The position numbers were made by a program, and so were the translations under genes. Shown here piece by piece: positions 1-9,924 of a DNA stretch of 32,000 nt. The stretch comes from Zestosphaera tikiterensis (GTDB taxonomy: Archaea > Thermoproteota > Thermoprotei_A > Sulfolobales > NBVN01), in contig NBVN01000004.1 in NCBI GenBank assembly GCA_003056265.1, positions 360,001 through 392,000 on the forward strand. Reading direction: 5' to 3'. The notes beneath the pieces are model-generated. The model worked only from the letters and a program-made list of their open reading frames with translations, was not told the origin of the DNA and did no database searches. Position 1 is the first letter of the stretch. Each line of letters begins with the position of its first letter.

Positions 1-527
1 AGTAAGGATCTAATTGAAAGGAATTCCACGATAGGGCCTCTATCCTCATCGCTAATCATGTGGAACTCGTCGATAACCAGCGTTTTAACCTCTCTAAGCC
101 AGCTAGGTTTAAGTCTGAATATGGAGTCCATCCTTTCATAGGTGGCGACTATTACGTCATAGTTTCGAAGATACTCACCAGGCTCGTCATAATCACCGGT
201 TGTTATACCTACTCTTAAACCTAACCTCTCCCAATACTTAAATTCCCAATACTTCTCCTCTGCTAAGGCCTTAAGTGGTGTAACATACACGCCCTTACCG
301 CCGTTAAGGTAGGCGTTAATTAATGCTAACTCACCAACTAAGGTTTTACCACTAGCTGTCGGCGCTACAACCAAGAGGGAATTACCTTTCAAGAACCCCT
401 TACGTAAAGCCTCAACCTGCGGAGGAGTTAATTTAGAAATACCTCTAAGCTTAAGGAGCTTAATCACCTGCTCTGGCAAATCTATAATGTCAACGCTGGC
501 CTCTTCCGCTGCTGGCAACTCGCTCAA
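1..527 (-). CDS. Hel308/Ski2-like DExH-box helicase, N-terminal part (gene runs off the window start)
   Basis: Not in the ORF track. My minus-strand translation from TTG at 527 reads LSELPAAEEASVDIIDLPEQVIKLLKLRGISKLTPPQVEALRKGFLKGNSLLVVAPTASGKTLVGELALINAYLNGGKGVYVTPLKALAEEKYWEF...TLVIDEFHMISDEDRGP. It shows helicase motif I (APTASGKT) and motif II (DEFH). Confidence 0.8.
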   Translation of the reverse strand, partial: MSELPAAEEASVDIIDLPEQVIKLLKLRGISKLTPPQVEALRKGFLKGNSLLVVAPTASGKTLVGELALINAYLNGGKGVYVTPLKALAEEKYWEFKYWERLGLRVGITTGDYDEPGEYLRNYDVIVATYERMDSIFRLKPSWLREVKTLVIDEFHMISDEDRGPIVEFLSIRSL

Positions 528-669
528 CGACCATTAATTTAAGCTTAAATAGTCTTATATATCAAAACACTCAACAGTCCTCGCTGTGAAGGACTTCATT
601 TAAGGTCTTCGGCGAACCATGATGTATAGCGTTTTAGTTAAGTATTAATTATTCGTTGAAGTCTGATTC

Positions 670-2010
670 TTGGTGTGTATGGGCAAGTACGCTATCGTGT
701 TTGGATATTGGAGTAATATAAAATACAGTGTTCACGTGTTGGTAGGTGCGTTAGAGTCTTATAGAAGCTTTGAAGAAGTACGTGTTTTCCTATCTAGTTT
801 GGATGAGATACCGAAGCTTATTGAAACGTTAATAGGTAAGTACGATAGAATAGCTTACTTTCAAACTCTACTTACGACAGACCTCCCTTCCACATACAGT
901 AAGTTAATTCAATTGAATAAACGCTTGAAATCTCTGAATGTAACTAGTGTTGGTGGAGGACCTCACGCTACTGGAGACCCCTACGGAACCATACTTTCGT
1001 TAAATTTTAACTACGCCTTCGTAGGTGAGGTTGAAGACTCTTTAAATGAGTTACTAGGCCTTCTTTTCCATGGTGGTGACCCAACAGAGGTTAGGGGGCT
1101 CGCTTGGTTTGAAGGCGGGAGGATACGCTTAAATGGTAGAGGGCAAGTTAAGGATCTTGATAGGTTTCCGCCGTTTGCCCCTATCCATAGACTTTTCAAC
1201 CCTATCGAATTAACTAGGGGTTGTATTTACGCATGTAAGTATTGTCAAGTTAGTTATGCCTTTACAGCTAATTTAAGACATAGAAGCGTAGAGAACGTCA
1301 TTAAATGGTCTAACTATATGTTTGAAAGGGGTATTAAGGATTTAAGGTTTATATCTCCTGACGTATTGAGCTATGGTGCCTTAGGTAAGGAAGTTAACTT
1401 TAGCAAGCTTTTAGAACTTTTTGAAGGTCTTTCTAAAGTGCGGGAAAAAGGAGCTAAGGTGTATTTAGGGTCTTTCCCCTCAGAGGTAAGGCCTGAGAAA
1501 GTTAGTGAGGATATAGCCTCTACTTTACGTAGGTACGTTGACAACGATAGGATAGCTATAGGAGCTCAAACAGGTTCCGACTCATTATTGAAGGCCATAG
1601 GCAGAGGGCATACAAGCGAAGATGTTTTAAACAGTGTTGAGGCCCTAACTAAACACGGTTTTAAAGTTGACGTCGATTACATCTTCGGATTGCCTGGTGA
1701 AACTGATGAAGACGTTCAAGCTACTTTAAACCACATAAGCAGGGTTTTAAAGCTAGGTGGTAAAGCACACGTACATACTTTCATTCCATTGCCGGGAACT
1801 CCCTACGCATTAGCTGAACCTGGTAGGATATCACCTGAAGTAAAGAAGAAGTTGTTAAAGTTAGTGGGTGAAGGTAAAGCCTACGGCAACTGGTTACGTC
1901 AGGAAAAACTAGCTAATGAAATTAAAAAACTTAGGGAAGTTGGCGTGATTTTAATTACTCCAAAAAGAGCTTACGATTTATTATCACTTAAAGGCTTTCA
2001 AGTCATGTAA
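670..2010 (+). CDS. B12-binding-like domain / radical SAM protein
   Basis: 446-aa ORF with a CxxxCxxC radical-SAM motif (GCIYACKYCQV) after a Rossmann-like N-terminal domain. The real start is probably ATG 679 (MGKYAIVFGY). Confidence 0.8.
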   Translation: MVCMGKYAIVFGYWSNIKYSVHVLVGALESYRSFEEVRVFLSSLDEIPKLIETLIGKYDRIAYFQTLLTTDLPSTYSKLIQLNKRLKSLNVTSVGGGPHATGDPYGTILSLNFNYAFVGEVEDSLNELLGLLFHGGDPTEVRGLAWFEGGRIRLNGRGQVKDLDRFPPFAPIHRLFNPIELTRGCIYACKYCQVSYAFTANLRHRSVENVIKWSNYMFERGIKDLRFISPDVLSYGALGKEVNFSKLLELFEGLSKVREKGAKVYLGSFPSEVRPEKVSEDIASTLRRYVDNDRIAIGAQTGSDSLLKAIGRGHTSEDVLNSVEALTKHGFKVDVDYIFGLPGETDEDVQATLNHISRVLKLGGKAHVHTFIPLPGTPYALAEPGRISPEVKKKLLKLVGEGKAYGNWLRQEKLANEIKKLREVGVILITPKRAYDLLSLKGFQVM

Positions 2011-3049
2011 ACACTGCTTTCAACACCCTCATTACGTTACTATAGGCTATATTCCTTAGGTCGTTATCTCCAAGCCCTTTCTCACTTAATAAAGTAAGCA
2101 GGTGTTGTACCCTATCCACGCTTTCAAATCCCTCCGGCGGTGAAGAACCTAATAAACCGTGAAAATCCGTACCTATGCCTAATATGTGTGATCCGAACCT
2201 CTCGTATATGTATAGCACGTGGTTTATTAAGTCTTCAATGGTTGCCTTAGGTTTTGAGGTTATGAAGGAAGACACGGCTGTTACGCCTATAACGCCCCCG
2301 CATTTATGAAGTGCTTCTAAAACGTCGTCATCAACGTTTCTGGGGTGGTTATGAACTGATTTAACGTTAGCGTGACTTACGATAACGGGTTTTTTAGAGG
2401 CTTCAATAGCTTCGATTGCTGTTTTTTTGCTTGCGTGGGCTAAATCTATTAAAACGCCTTCCTCATTAGCTACCTTAACAAGCTCCTCACCATCGGGTGT
2501 TAAGCCGTAGTCTTTCCTTGAAGTGCATGATGAACCCCACCTATTGTTGTAGTTCCAAGTAAGGCCTAACGACCTAAGGCCTAACTTCTTAAGTAGCTTT
2601 AAATCGTAGGGATCGTCTAAAGCTTCCGCACCTTCTAAATGAATTATGAAGCCTAACTTAAACGCTTCAGCGTTTAAAACCTCCTCGACGTCGTTAAAAG
2701 ATTCTAAGATTTTAATCCCGTAAGCTTCAGACAACATATATAAAACTCTGAAATGCTCGAAGAGTTTTGTTTGAGGATACCTCATTATAGTGTCAGTGAT
2801 TCTCCTACTGTTACGTTTAAGGCTTTCCTTAACTGCCTTGAGGTTGAAGGTAGTTGTTCCCGGAAATATAGAAGCGAAAACAACCCTTACGTTTCCCTTC
2901 ATATACTTAGGTATGTCTGCGTCCCTACCCGGTAGATCCACATTGTAATCGTCGAGAGGCTCACCAGCTCCGAAACCTAAGTAATACATCGTAATATCCT
3001 CATGCAAGTCGATTACTGGTAATGGGTTTGCTGGGTTAGTTGCTTTCAT
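2003..3049 (-). CDS. membrane-dipeptidase family (peptidase M19) dipeptidase
   Basis: 348-aa ORF with M19-like blocks: IDLHED near the N-terminus, HLEGAEAL, LGLTWNYNNRWG, GLTPDGEELVKVANEEGVLIDLAHAS, PVIVSHANVKSVHNHPRNVDDDVL. Confidence 0.75.
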   Translation of the reverse strand: MKATNPANPLPVIDLHEDITMYYLGFGAGEPLDDYNVDLPGRDADIPKYMKGNVRVVFASIFPGTTTFNLKAVKESLKRNSRRITDTIMRYPQTKLFEHFRVLYMLSEAYGIKILESFNDVEEVLNAEAFKLGFIIHLEGAEALDDPYDLKLLKKLGLRSLGLTWNYNNRWGSSCTSRKDYGLTPDGEELVKVANEEGVLIDLAHASKKTAIEAIEASKKPVIVSHANVKSVHNHPRNVDDDVLEALHKCGGVIGVTAVSSFITSKPKATIEDLINHVLYIYERFGSHILGIGTDFHGLLGSSPPEGFESVDRVQHLLTLLSEKGLGDNDLRNIAYSNVMRVLKAVFT

Positions 3050-3060
3050 GCTTTACCACC

Positions 3061-4677
3061 TTAAACTACACCTAGCGGTAACCCATCCCCTCTAATGTCG
3101 CTGTAAGCAACGCGGACTTTATTAGGAAGTATCTCAGCAGCTGCGCTCACGCCAAGTCTTGACGGATACTTAACTTTAGATGTTTTAACTCCTTCGATCC
3201 TAACTTCTTCAAACCCTTCTTCAAACTCTATAAGGTCTGACCCTATGTGCCATACGAAACGTGGGTGTTCTATAGCTTCTTGCGTGTTTAAGCCATACTT
3301 AAATATGTTGAAGTATATTTCAGCATGTAGTTGAGGTCTGAAATGACCTCCTGAAAGACCTAACGATAATGTTCTGTTGGTTTCTGTATCGACGACTATC
3401 ATAGCTGAAAGTGTATGCAATGGTTTTTTATGTGGTGCTAGTGAGTTGGGGTGGTTAACGTTTAATACGAAGGAGGAAGCCCTGCAGTTTAAGGTTATGC
3501 CGTAAGTAGGTTCCGTAACTTTAGATCCGAACGGGTAGAAGAGGGATTGGATGCCTGAAACCACGGTTCCCTCACTATCTACTACGGTGAAGTATGTAGT
3601 GTCTCCATCACCCTTCACTTGAGTTAAGTTAATTATGTCGTCGCGATGTCTACTTAAAAATTCCTCAGATAAAAGCTCATCTAAGCTTACGTTCATATAT
3701 CTTAAATCCCCTATAAAGCTATCCCTAATGCTGTAAGCGATTTTAAAGGCCTTTAAATAGCTTGAAACCCTCTCAGCACTTCTTGAGTTTTTGAAGCTTT
3801 CCTCACGACTTAAAAGCATGAGTAAATGTAAGGTAGTGATTCCTTGAGTGTTTGGAGGCATTTCATATATATCCCTCCCCTCTAAATGTATCTTTATAGG
3901 CGTGCCGATCTCCGCCTTATATTTCCTCATGTCGTCGTAGCTTATCACGCCACCAACCGATTCAACATATTCCGAAAGTTTAAGGGCTATATCACCTTCG
4001 TAGAAAACCCTAGGATCTTCTTTAATCGTTTTCAACGTTTTAATCATGCCGTCAAATTTAATCACATCTCCAGCTTGGTAGGAGTCCTTAACTTTATAGT
4101 AGGTTTCTTTCGAACCTAGGTCTTTTGATAATACGTCCTTTAAGTTATTAAGTGCTGAAGCTAAGGAGTTACTTAATGGAAAGCCTTGATTAAGTGGGTT
4201 TATAACTAAGTCAACGATTTTAGGCCATTCAAGAGAGCCGAACTTCTCCCACATGACTCTTAATCCATCGATCATTCCTGGAACGACTGCAGAAAGGGGT
4301 CCCTCCAGAGGTACTTTACTTAACCCTCTAGACTTAAGTAGTTCTGGCGTTAACTTTGCTGGGGCGTATCCAGAGCCGTTGATGAAGCTTACTTTACCGT
4401 TAGGATTCATTACTAAAGCAAAGAAATCCCCTCCTAACCCCCCTAAGTGAGGTACGGTAATAGCTAAAGCTAGTGAGGTAGCTACGGCTGCGTCTACAGC
4501 GTTACCACCATTCAACAAAGTTTTCAACCCTATGAGTGAGGCGTACGGGGTCTCACTACTTACAACCGCGCTGCTGGAGTAGAAAGGATGTTTAAACACG
4601 TTAAACACCGTACTTAATATCATCGTTAAACAATATAAGCAAATAAGGAAACAAAAATTTATGGTTAACCCCTTCAT
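3061..4677 (-). CDS. ggt: gamma-glutamyltranspeptidase (GGT) with N-terminal signal/anchor
   Basis: 538-aa ORF with GGNAVDAAVA, GLGGDFFALV, an autoprocessing-site-like GDGDTTYFTVVDSEGTVVS, and LSGGHFRPQ. The N-terminus is hydrophobic. Confidence 0.85.
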   Translation of the reverse strand: MKGLTINFCFLICLYCLTMILSTVFNVFKHPFYSSSAVVSSETPYASLIGLKTLLNGGNAVDAAVATSLALAITVPHLGGLGGDFFALVMNPNGKVSFINGSGYAPAKLTPELLKSRGLSKVPLEGPLSAVVPGMIDGLRVMWEKFGSLEWPKIVDLVINPLNQGFPLSNSLASALNNLKDVLSKDLGSKETYYKVKDSYQAGDVIKFDGMIKTLKTIKEDPRVFYEGDIALKLSEYVESVGGVISYDDMRKYKAEIGTPIKIHLEGRDIYEMPPNTQGITTLHLLMLLSREESFKNSRSAERVSSYLKAFKIAYSIRDSFIGDLRYMNVSLDELLSEEFLSRHRDDIINLTQVKGDGDTTYFTVVDSEGTVVSGIQSLFYPFGSKVTEPTYGITLNCRASSFVLNVNHPNSLAPHKKPLHTLSAMIVVDTETNRTLSLGLSGGHFRPQLHAEIYFNIFKYGLNTQEAIEHPRFVWHIGSDLIEFEEGFEEVRIEGVKTSKVKYPSRLGVSAAAEILPNKVRVAYSDIRGDGLPLGVV

Positions 4678-4751
4678 GTGTAAACTATTAAGCGTAGCTA
4701 AAGGACACTAAGGAAAAGTTTTTAAAGACTATTCTAAGAATTTAAATTGAG

Positions 4752-4979
4752 GTGAAATCTCTGATGAGTTCTAAAAGTGAGGCTTCTAAAAGCCGTTTAA
4801 ACATTTTAGTGGCGGTAGTGTTAACGATACTTTATGCTGCTATATTCCTAATATACCCATTTAACACTATAGACCCTATGATCGGGGGCGTGAGTTTCGT
4901 ATACTTCTACAGTTTAGTGATATACGTATTCATAGTCATAACTATCGTAGCAGCAGCTAAATTCGTGTGGGGTGAATGA
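4752..4979 (+). CDS. small 2-TM membrane protein, DUF3311-like partner of the downstream symporter
   Basis: 75-aa ORF with two hydrophobic helices and the motif YPFNTIDPMIGGVSFVYFYSL. It overlaps the start of the SSS transporter gene. Confidence 0.5.
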   Translation: MKSLMSSKSEASKSRLNILVAVVLTILYAAIFLIYPFNTIDPMIGGVSFVYFYSLVIYVFIVITIVAAAKFVWGE

Positions 4980-6522
4980 CATGGAGGCATGGCAAGTTAC
5001 TTTAACTGTTATGTTCGTGTATATAATATTTATGATAGTTTTAGGTTATTTAGCAGGTAGGAAATTCAGGAAGACGTTGGAGGACTTCTACGTCTTGTCC
5101 AGAACCGCAGGTTTTATAGTTGTTTTCTTAGCTATTGCTTCCACATACCATAGCGCTTTCGCCTTCTTAACTAGCGTAGCTACGTACGCTACGACCGGTG
5201 TGACCTGGTGGATAGGCGCTATGCCTTGGACTACATTGGCGGCGGTCTTTGGATATTATTACGGAAAGAGGATCTTTAAGTTGGGTAAGGCTAAGAAGTT
5301 CATCACTCCAGCCGACCTACTAGCGGACTTCTACGGTGGTAACGCCATAAGGGTTATAACAGCCGTTATTCAAGCGATTTTCGTAATAGCGTATATAGTC
5401 GTGCAGGCAGTTGGTTTGGGAATAGTCTTCGACATAGGTAGTGGCGGGGTTATACCATATACCTATGGATCCTTAATATTGATTATGGTAACCTGCCTGT
5501 ATTTAATACTTGGGGATTTACGAGCTGCTTACTGGACTGACGTGGCTCAAGGTATTTGGATGTATGTAGGTGTTTGGGCGGCGGGACTGTACCTACTGTA
5601 TAAGTTCTTCCCAGGCGGTGTTGCTGAAGTGTTTACCGCAGCAAGGGCTGTAAACCCTGCTTTATTAACTCTTCAATGGAAGCCTGAAATGCTCCTTGGA
5701 AGCATACTGATATATAGCTTTGGTTTAATGGTCTTACCCCATCTCTTAATTAAATATTACGCTTCAAAAGACGTATGGACTATTAAATGGTCTTCCGTAG
5801 GTACTGCTCTATACTTAAGTAGTTTCTACATACCGACACTCTTCGTTGGTTTAGGAGCTGCGGTTTTAAACGCTAAGGGAATTCCAGGGATTCTTGAGGC
5901 AGGCTTCATCAAAGCCCTTCAAACAAAATACGGCTCTGCCGACGCGGTGATGGCATACATGATATACAACTTCACCCCACCTATATTCGCAGGGTTTTTA
6001 TTAGCTGGCGCCGCCGCCGCAGCTATGTCGACATTAGACTCATTCTTAGGAGCTACTTCAATGATCCTTACTAGAGACATCTACCAAAGGTACGTAAGAC
6101 CTAAAGCGTCTGAAAGCGAGTTAATCATAGTTAGTAGAGTTCTTTTACTTGCTTTTGCTTTAATTGGATGGTACTTAGCTCTTTTAAAGCCAGGCTTAAT
6201 ATTCGACATAACATCCATAGCCGTCGCCGGCGGGCTACAGTTCGTGCCGGCAATAATTCAAGCTGTCCTACCCACGAGGAGGAACTATATAAACAGGGAG
6301 GGCGCTATAGCAGGTATTTTAGCAGGTTCGATAGTCGTAATGCTTTTAACTCAACAAACAGGTAAGTACTTCGGAATACCTCCTACTTACCTATATCACG
6401 CTGCTATAGCCGCCTTAATAGGCCTCGCCGTTAATTTAGTCGTTACGTTTTTAGTTAGGGCTTTAACTAAGCCATTACCTGAAGATAAGATACGTGAGTA
6501 TGCAGAGATACTCAAAAGTTAA
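4972..6522 (+). CDS. sodium:solute symporter (SSS) family transporter
   Basis: 516-aa polytopic ORF with about 13 hydrophobic segments and SSS-like blocks (ADFYGGNAIR, GDLRAAYWTDVAQG). Alternative start ATG 4981. Confidence 0.8.
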   Translation: MNDMEAWQVTLTVMFVYIIFMIVLGYLAGRKFRKTLEDFYVLSRTAGFIVVFLAIASTYHSAFAFLTSVATYATTGVTWWIGAMPWTTLAAVFGYYYGKRIFKLGKAKKFITPADLLADFYGGNAIRVITAVIQAIFVIAYIVVQAVGLGIVFDIGSGGVIPYTYGSLILIMVTCLYLILGDLRAAYWTDVAQGIWMYVGVWAAGLYLLYKFFPGGVAEVFTAARAVNPALLTLQWKPEMLLGSILIYSFGLMVLPHLLIKYYASKDVWTIKWSSVGTALYLSSFYIPTLFVGLGAAVLNAKGIPGILEAGFIKALQTKYGSADAVMAYMIYNFTPPIFAGFLLAGAAAAAMSTLDSFLGATSMILTRDIYQRYVRPKASESELIIVSRVLLLAFALIGWYLALLKPGLIFDITSIAVAGGLQFVPAIIQAVLPTRRNYINREGAIAGILAGSIVVMLLTQQTGKYFGIPPTYLYHAAIAALIGLAVNLVVTFLVRALTKPLPEDKIREYAEILKS

Positions 6523-6530
6523 GGTTAAGG

Positions 6531-6536
6531 TTTTTT
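6531..6536 (+). terminator. T6 tract after the transporter gene (archaeal oligo-T terminator candidate)
   Basis: TTTTTT lies 9 nt after the stop at 6520-6522. Confidence 0.35.
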
Positions 6537-6572
6537 ATCAATAAAAACACCTGAGTTATGGAGGTTTAAGAC

Positions 6573-7343
6573 ATGGTTAAGAAAGTCGATTTAAACGTGG
6601 ATTCAGGTGAGTCATTTGGGAGTTATAGGATAGGCAACGATGAGGAGGTTTTTAAGTACGTTACCTCAGCTAACGTAGCTTGCGGTTTCCACGCCGGAGA
6701 CCCCAACGTCATGAGGAAGACTGTTAAGTTAGCTAAGAAGTTCGGCGTCGCCGTGGGTGCCCACCCAGGCTTTCCGGATCTGATGGGTTTCGGTAGACGT
6801 AATATGGAAGTCCTTAAAGATGAGCTAGAGAACTACATACTTTACCAGTTAGGTGCTTTAGAAGCTTTCGTTAGAGCTGAAGGTTTAGAGCTGCAGCACG
6901 TTAAAGCGCATGGCGCTCTATATAATATGGCCGTCACCAGACGTGACTATGCTGAAGCGTTAGTAAATGCGGTAAAGCTCTTCAACCCTAAGCTGATTGT
7001 AGTAGCACTACCTAACTCAGAGATGAGGAGGGTTGGTGAGGAAGCTGGGGTTAAGGTAGCTTATGAGTTTTTCGCGGATAGAAACTACAGAGCAGACGGT
7101 TCTTTAGTGCCTAGAACACACCCTCAAGCACTAGTTAAAGATGTGGAGGAAGCCATAAACAGAGCTGTTAAAGCGGTTGATCAAGGCGTGATACGCACTA
7201 TAGACGGTAAAGACTTAGAGGTTGTAGTGCATACGATATGCATTCATGGTGATTCTCCACACGCGCCTGAAATAGCTAAAGCCTTACGCTTAAAACTAAC
7301 TGAAGCAGGCATTAACGTAGTTCCCTTGCGTGAGATACTATGA
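6573..7343 (+). CDS. pxpA: 5-oxoprolinase subunit A (LamB/YcsF family)
   Basis: 256-aa ORF with DLNVDSGESFG, ANVACGFHAGDP and VKAHGALYN motifs typical of LamB/YcsF. Confidence 0.9.
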   Translation: MVKKVDLNVDSGESFGSYRIGNDEEVFKYVTSANVACGFHAGDPNVMRKTVKLAKKFGVAVGAHPGFPDLMGFGRRNMEVLKDELENYILYQLGALEAFVRAEGLELQHVKAHGALYNMAVTRRDYAEALVNAVKLFNPKLIVVALPNSEMRRVGEEAGVKVAYEFFADRNYRADGSLVPRTHPQALVKDVEEAINRAVKAVDQGVIRTIDGKDLEVVVHTICIHGDSPHAPEIAKALRLKLTEAGINVVPLREIL

Positions 7344-8071
7344 CTATATATGGAAAACCTAAGGTGAGGTTCGTCGGCGGCGATGCGATACACGTGGATT
7401 TCTGCGATGAGATCAGTTTAGACTGTAATAGAAGGGTTCACGCAGTTTATTACGCGATTTTAAACGATTTAAGGGAAGGTAGGGTATTAGATATTGTGGA
7501 GGCAGTCCCAGCATATTCAAGCCTAACTATATTTTACGACCCTAGAAAGGTAAGGCATGACAGCTTAACTTCATACGTAAGTAAGGTCTTCGAGTACGTT
7601 ATAACCCAACCTTTGAATGAGTTGGTTAAACCGCGTGTTTTTAAAATACCCGTAGCGTATGGTGGGGAGTTCGGACCGGACTTCAACGACGTCTTGAAGA
7701 TAACTAAACTCACGGCTGAGGAATTCATACGTATACATACGTCTAAGGAATACACGTGTTATATGTTGGGGTTTACCCCAGGTTTTCTTTACTTAGGTGA
7801 TGTTGACGATAGAATAGCTGTGCCACGTCTTGAAACACCTAGGACTAAAATACCGGCGGGGTCTGTGGGGATAGCTGGTAAGCAAACAGGTCTTTACGGT
7901 GTTGAAAGCCCCGGCGGATGGAGGTTAGTGGGTAGAACACCGATTAAAACGTTCGACTATAGGAGGACGCCGCCAATACCTATAAAACCCGGTGATTTAA
8001 TTAGATTTTACGCGATAGATTGTGACGAATACCTTAAGTTAAAGGATAAGTTCGTTGATGAGGTGCAGTAG
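7340..8071 (+). CDS. pxpB: 5-oxoprolinase subunit B (KipI / allophanate hydrolase subunit 1 family)
   Basis: 243-aa ORF with IAGKQTGLYGVESPGGWRLVGRTP. An ATGA start/stop overlap with pxpA indicates translational coupling. Confidence 0.85.
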   Translation: MTIYGKPKVRFVGGDAIHVDFCDEISLDCNRRVHAVYYAILNDLREGRVLDIVEAVPAYSSLTIFYDPRKVRHDSLTSYVSKVFEYVITQPLNELVKPRVFKIPVAYGGEFGPDFNDVLKITKLTAEEFIRIHTSKEYTCYMLGFTPGFLYLGDVDDRIAVPRLETPRTKIPAGSVGIAGKQTGLYGVESPGGWRLVGRTPIKTFDYRRTPPIPIKPGDLIRFYAIDCDEYLKLKDKFVDEVQ

Positions 8072-8073
8072 TT

Positions 8074-9066
8074 GTGGATCATGTACCAACCATTAAAGTT
8101 TTAAAGAGTTTTTACTCGTCTATCCAGGACTTAGGTAGGTATGGGTTTAGAGCTTTAGGGGTTCCGGTATGTGGAGCTATGGATAAGCTTTCAGCAGCCT
8201 ACGCTAACGCTTTAGTCGGTAATGACGTTAACGAAGCTTTAATAGAGGTTATAGGAGGTAATTTCGTTTTCGAGGTGTTGAGGGATTCTTTAATAGCTTT
8301 AACCGGAGCGGATTCTAAGGTTACAATAGATAACATACCAGTTAAGGTGTGGAGTTCAGTCTTAGTTAGGAAGGGTAGTGTAGTAGTTGTAGAACCCCCT
8401 AAGAGGGGATTTATAACGTATATTGCTGTAGATGGTGGGTTAGACGCTGAAGTAGTTATGGGGAGTAAATCAACGTACGTAAGAGGTGGTTTCGGAGGTT
8501 TTGAGGGCAGGCTTTTAAAACCTGGCGACGTCCTCTCAACTAAGGATGTAAGGCTTAAGAGCGTGTTTAAGTTAGCCGGATCTTACGAAGTACCCAATGA
8601 AGTCGTTGAAAGGTTGCCTGATTCAAACACAGTACTTGAGTTGAAAGCCACCGAAGGCATGCATGTTGATTTACTAGGTGAGGATTTTATTGAATTGCTT
8701 AAAAATGTATACGTTGTTGACGTAAGTTCTGATAGGATGGGTTATAGGCTTAAAGGAGAACCTATTAAAAAAGCTTCTAAGTTAGGTAGGTTGATAAGCA
8801 TACCGACAAATAGAGGCTATGTACAAATACCTCCGGACGGGCAACCAATAGTTTTAATGTCTGATGCTCAAACGACCGGGGGTTATGCCGTGGCTTTAGT
8901 CCTTACGCAACGCTCTGTAGACGTTCTGGCACAAGCTCAACCAGGGCAGAGAGTGAGGTTTAAGGTGGTTAGTGTGGAGGAAGCAGAAGATGAAAACGCT
9001 AAGTACCTAGAGTTGTTGGGGAACCCACCGCTAATCTTTAAGGAAGGCGAGGAAAGTTACTACTGA
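8074..9066 (+). CDS. pxpC: 5-oxoprolinase subunit C (KipA / allophanate hydrolase subunit 2 family)
   Basis: 330-aa ORF with IQDLGRYGFRALGVPVCGAMDKLSAAYANALVGN and DAQTTGGY. GTG start lies 2 nt after the pxpB stop. Confidence 0.85.
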   Translation: MDHVPTIKVLKSFYSSIQDLGRYGFRALGVPVCGAMDKLSAAYANALVGNDVNEALIEVIGGNFVFEVLRDSLIALTGADSKVTIDNIPVKVWSSVLVRKGSVVVVEPPKRGFITYIAVDGGLDAEVVMGSKSTYVRGGFGGFEGRLLKPGDVLSTKDVRLKSVFKLAGSYEVPNEVVERLPDSNTVLELKATEGMHVDLLGEDFIELLKNVYVVDVSSDRMGYRLKGEPIKKASKLGRLISIPTNRGYVQIPPDGQPIVLMSDAQTTGGYAVALVLTQRSVDVLAQAQPGQRVRFKVVSVEEAEDENAKYLELLGNPPLIFKEGEESYY

Positions 9067-9068
9067 AC

Positions 9069-9800
9069 TTAACTTTTTGAAGATAACCACTCACTACATA
9101 AGGGAAGGTCGGCATCGTCTAAAATCACCCATCCTTGAGGATCCATGTAGATGGATAAAGCTTTAACGTTAACCCCACTATCTAGCGCTACCTTAAGAAG
9201 TTTCTCTAACTGAGGATCAGCTTCTCTATAAGGTTTAAAACACTTAGGTTTAGGTAAAGCAGCTATGAAAACTACGTAGGCCTTACATCCTTTATCGCTT
9301 AATTCAATAAGCTTACTAACGTGTTTCCTACCACGCGCTGTTGAGCAGTCTGGATACATAGCTTCGTTGTTAAAACCTCTTAACACAGCGCTTTTCGTTT
9401 CAATAACCGCTTCATCCTTCCCACATTTAAAGAGGTAGTCAAACACAACGTCGTCTATTTTAGGGTTTCTCTTTAATACAAAACAATCTTTAAAATAAGG
9501 TATAAGACCTTCATCCACCAACTTAATGAAGGCTTCATTTTGGGTTATCGTATCTACAATAGCGTAAAGACCTTCAACATCTTTAACGCTTACCAACCTA
9601 TGCGTGAGCTTAACACCTTTAATAGGTTTAATCAATACTTCCCTACCGGTAACTAAAAACTCCTCTAAACGACCTGTGTTGGTGTTATGCACTGGAAATA
9701 CAGAAATACCGTCGTCTACCATCACAGTAAACCTGTTTACCCGCTTAACTAAGATAGCTTTAGATAAGCCTTCAACGCACAGCACCGTTTTTGACAGCAT
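9069..9800 (-). CDS. sfsA: SfsA family (sugar fermentation stimulation protein homolog) DNA-binding/nuclease-fold protein
   Basis: 243-aa ORF with VKRVNRFTV, HNTNTGRL, ETKSAVL and YPDCSTARGRKHVSKL. Confidence 0.85.
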   Translation of the reverse strand: MLSKTVLCVEGLSKAILVKRVNRFTVMVDDGISVFPVHNTNTGRLEEFLVTGREVLIKPIKGVKLTHRLVSVKDVEGLYAIVDTITQNEAFIKLVDEGLIPYFKDCFVLKRNPKIDDVVFDYLFKCGKDEAVIETKSAVLRGFNNEAMYPDCSTARGRKHVSKLIELSDKGCKAYVVFIAALPKPKCFKPYREADPQLEKLLKVALDSGVNVKALSIYMDPQGWVILDDADLPLCSEWLSSKS

Positions 9801-9889
9801 AATAAAAAACCCCGACGATTCTATCGCTGTTATGTTTTATATAGCTTTTGTTTCTCATGTAATCTTGTTTACTTTTAATATTAGTAAAA

Positions 9890-9896
9890 TTTATAA
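9890..9896 (+). promoter_or_regulatory. TATA-box candidate for the RHH gene
   Basis: TTTATAA lies 29 nt upstream of ATG 9925, which fits a leaderless or short-leader archaeal start. Confidence 0.4.
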
Positions 9897-9924
9897 GCTA
9901 GATATCATGTTATACTTGGGGGTA

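Noticed and set aside
2003-2010. 8-nt convergent stop-codon overlaps (2003-2010 and likewise 29383-29390)
   Set aside because: This is ordinary genome compaction in archaea. Nothing beyond overlapping TCAnnTAR stop codons is visible.
9604-9924. N-terminal extension of track ORF 9604-10458
   Set aside because: It runs antisense through the 5' end of sfsA and across the sfsA promoter. It reads as low-complexity sequence, while a TATA-like box at 9890-9896 fits a start at 9925.
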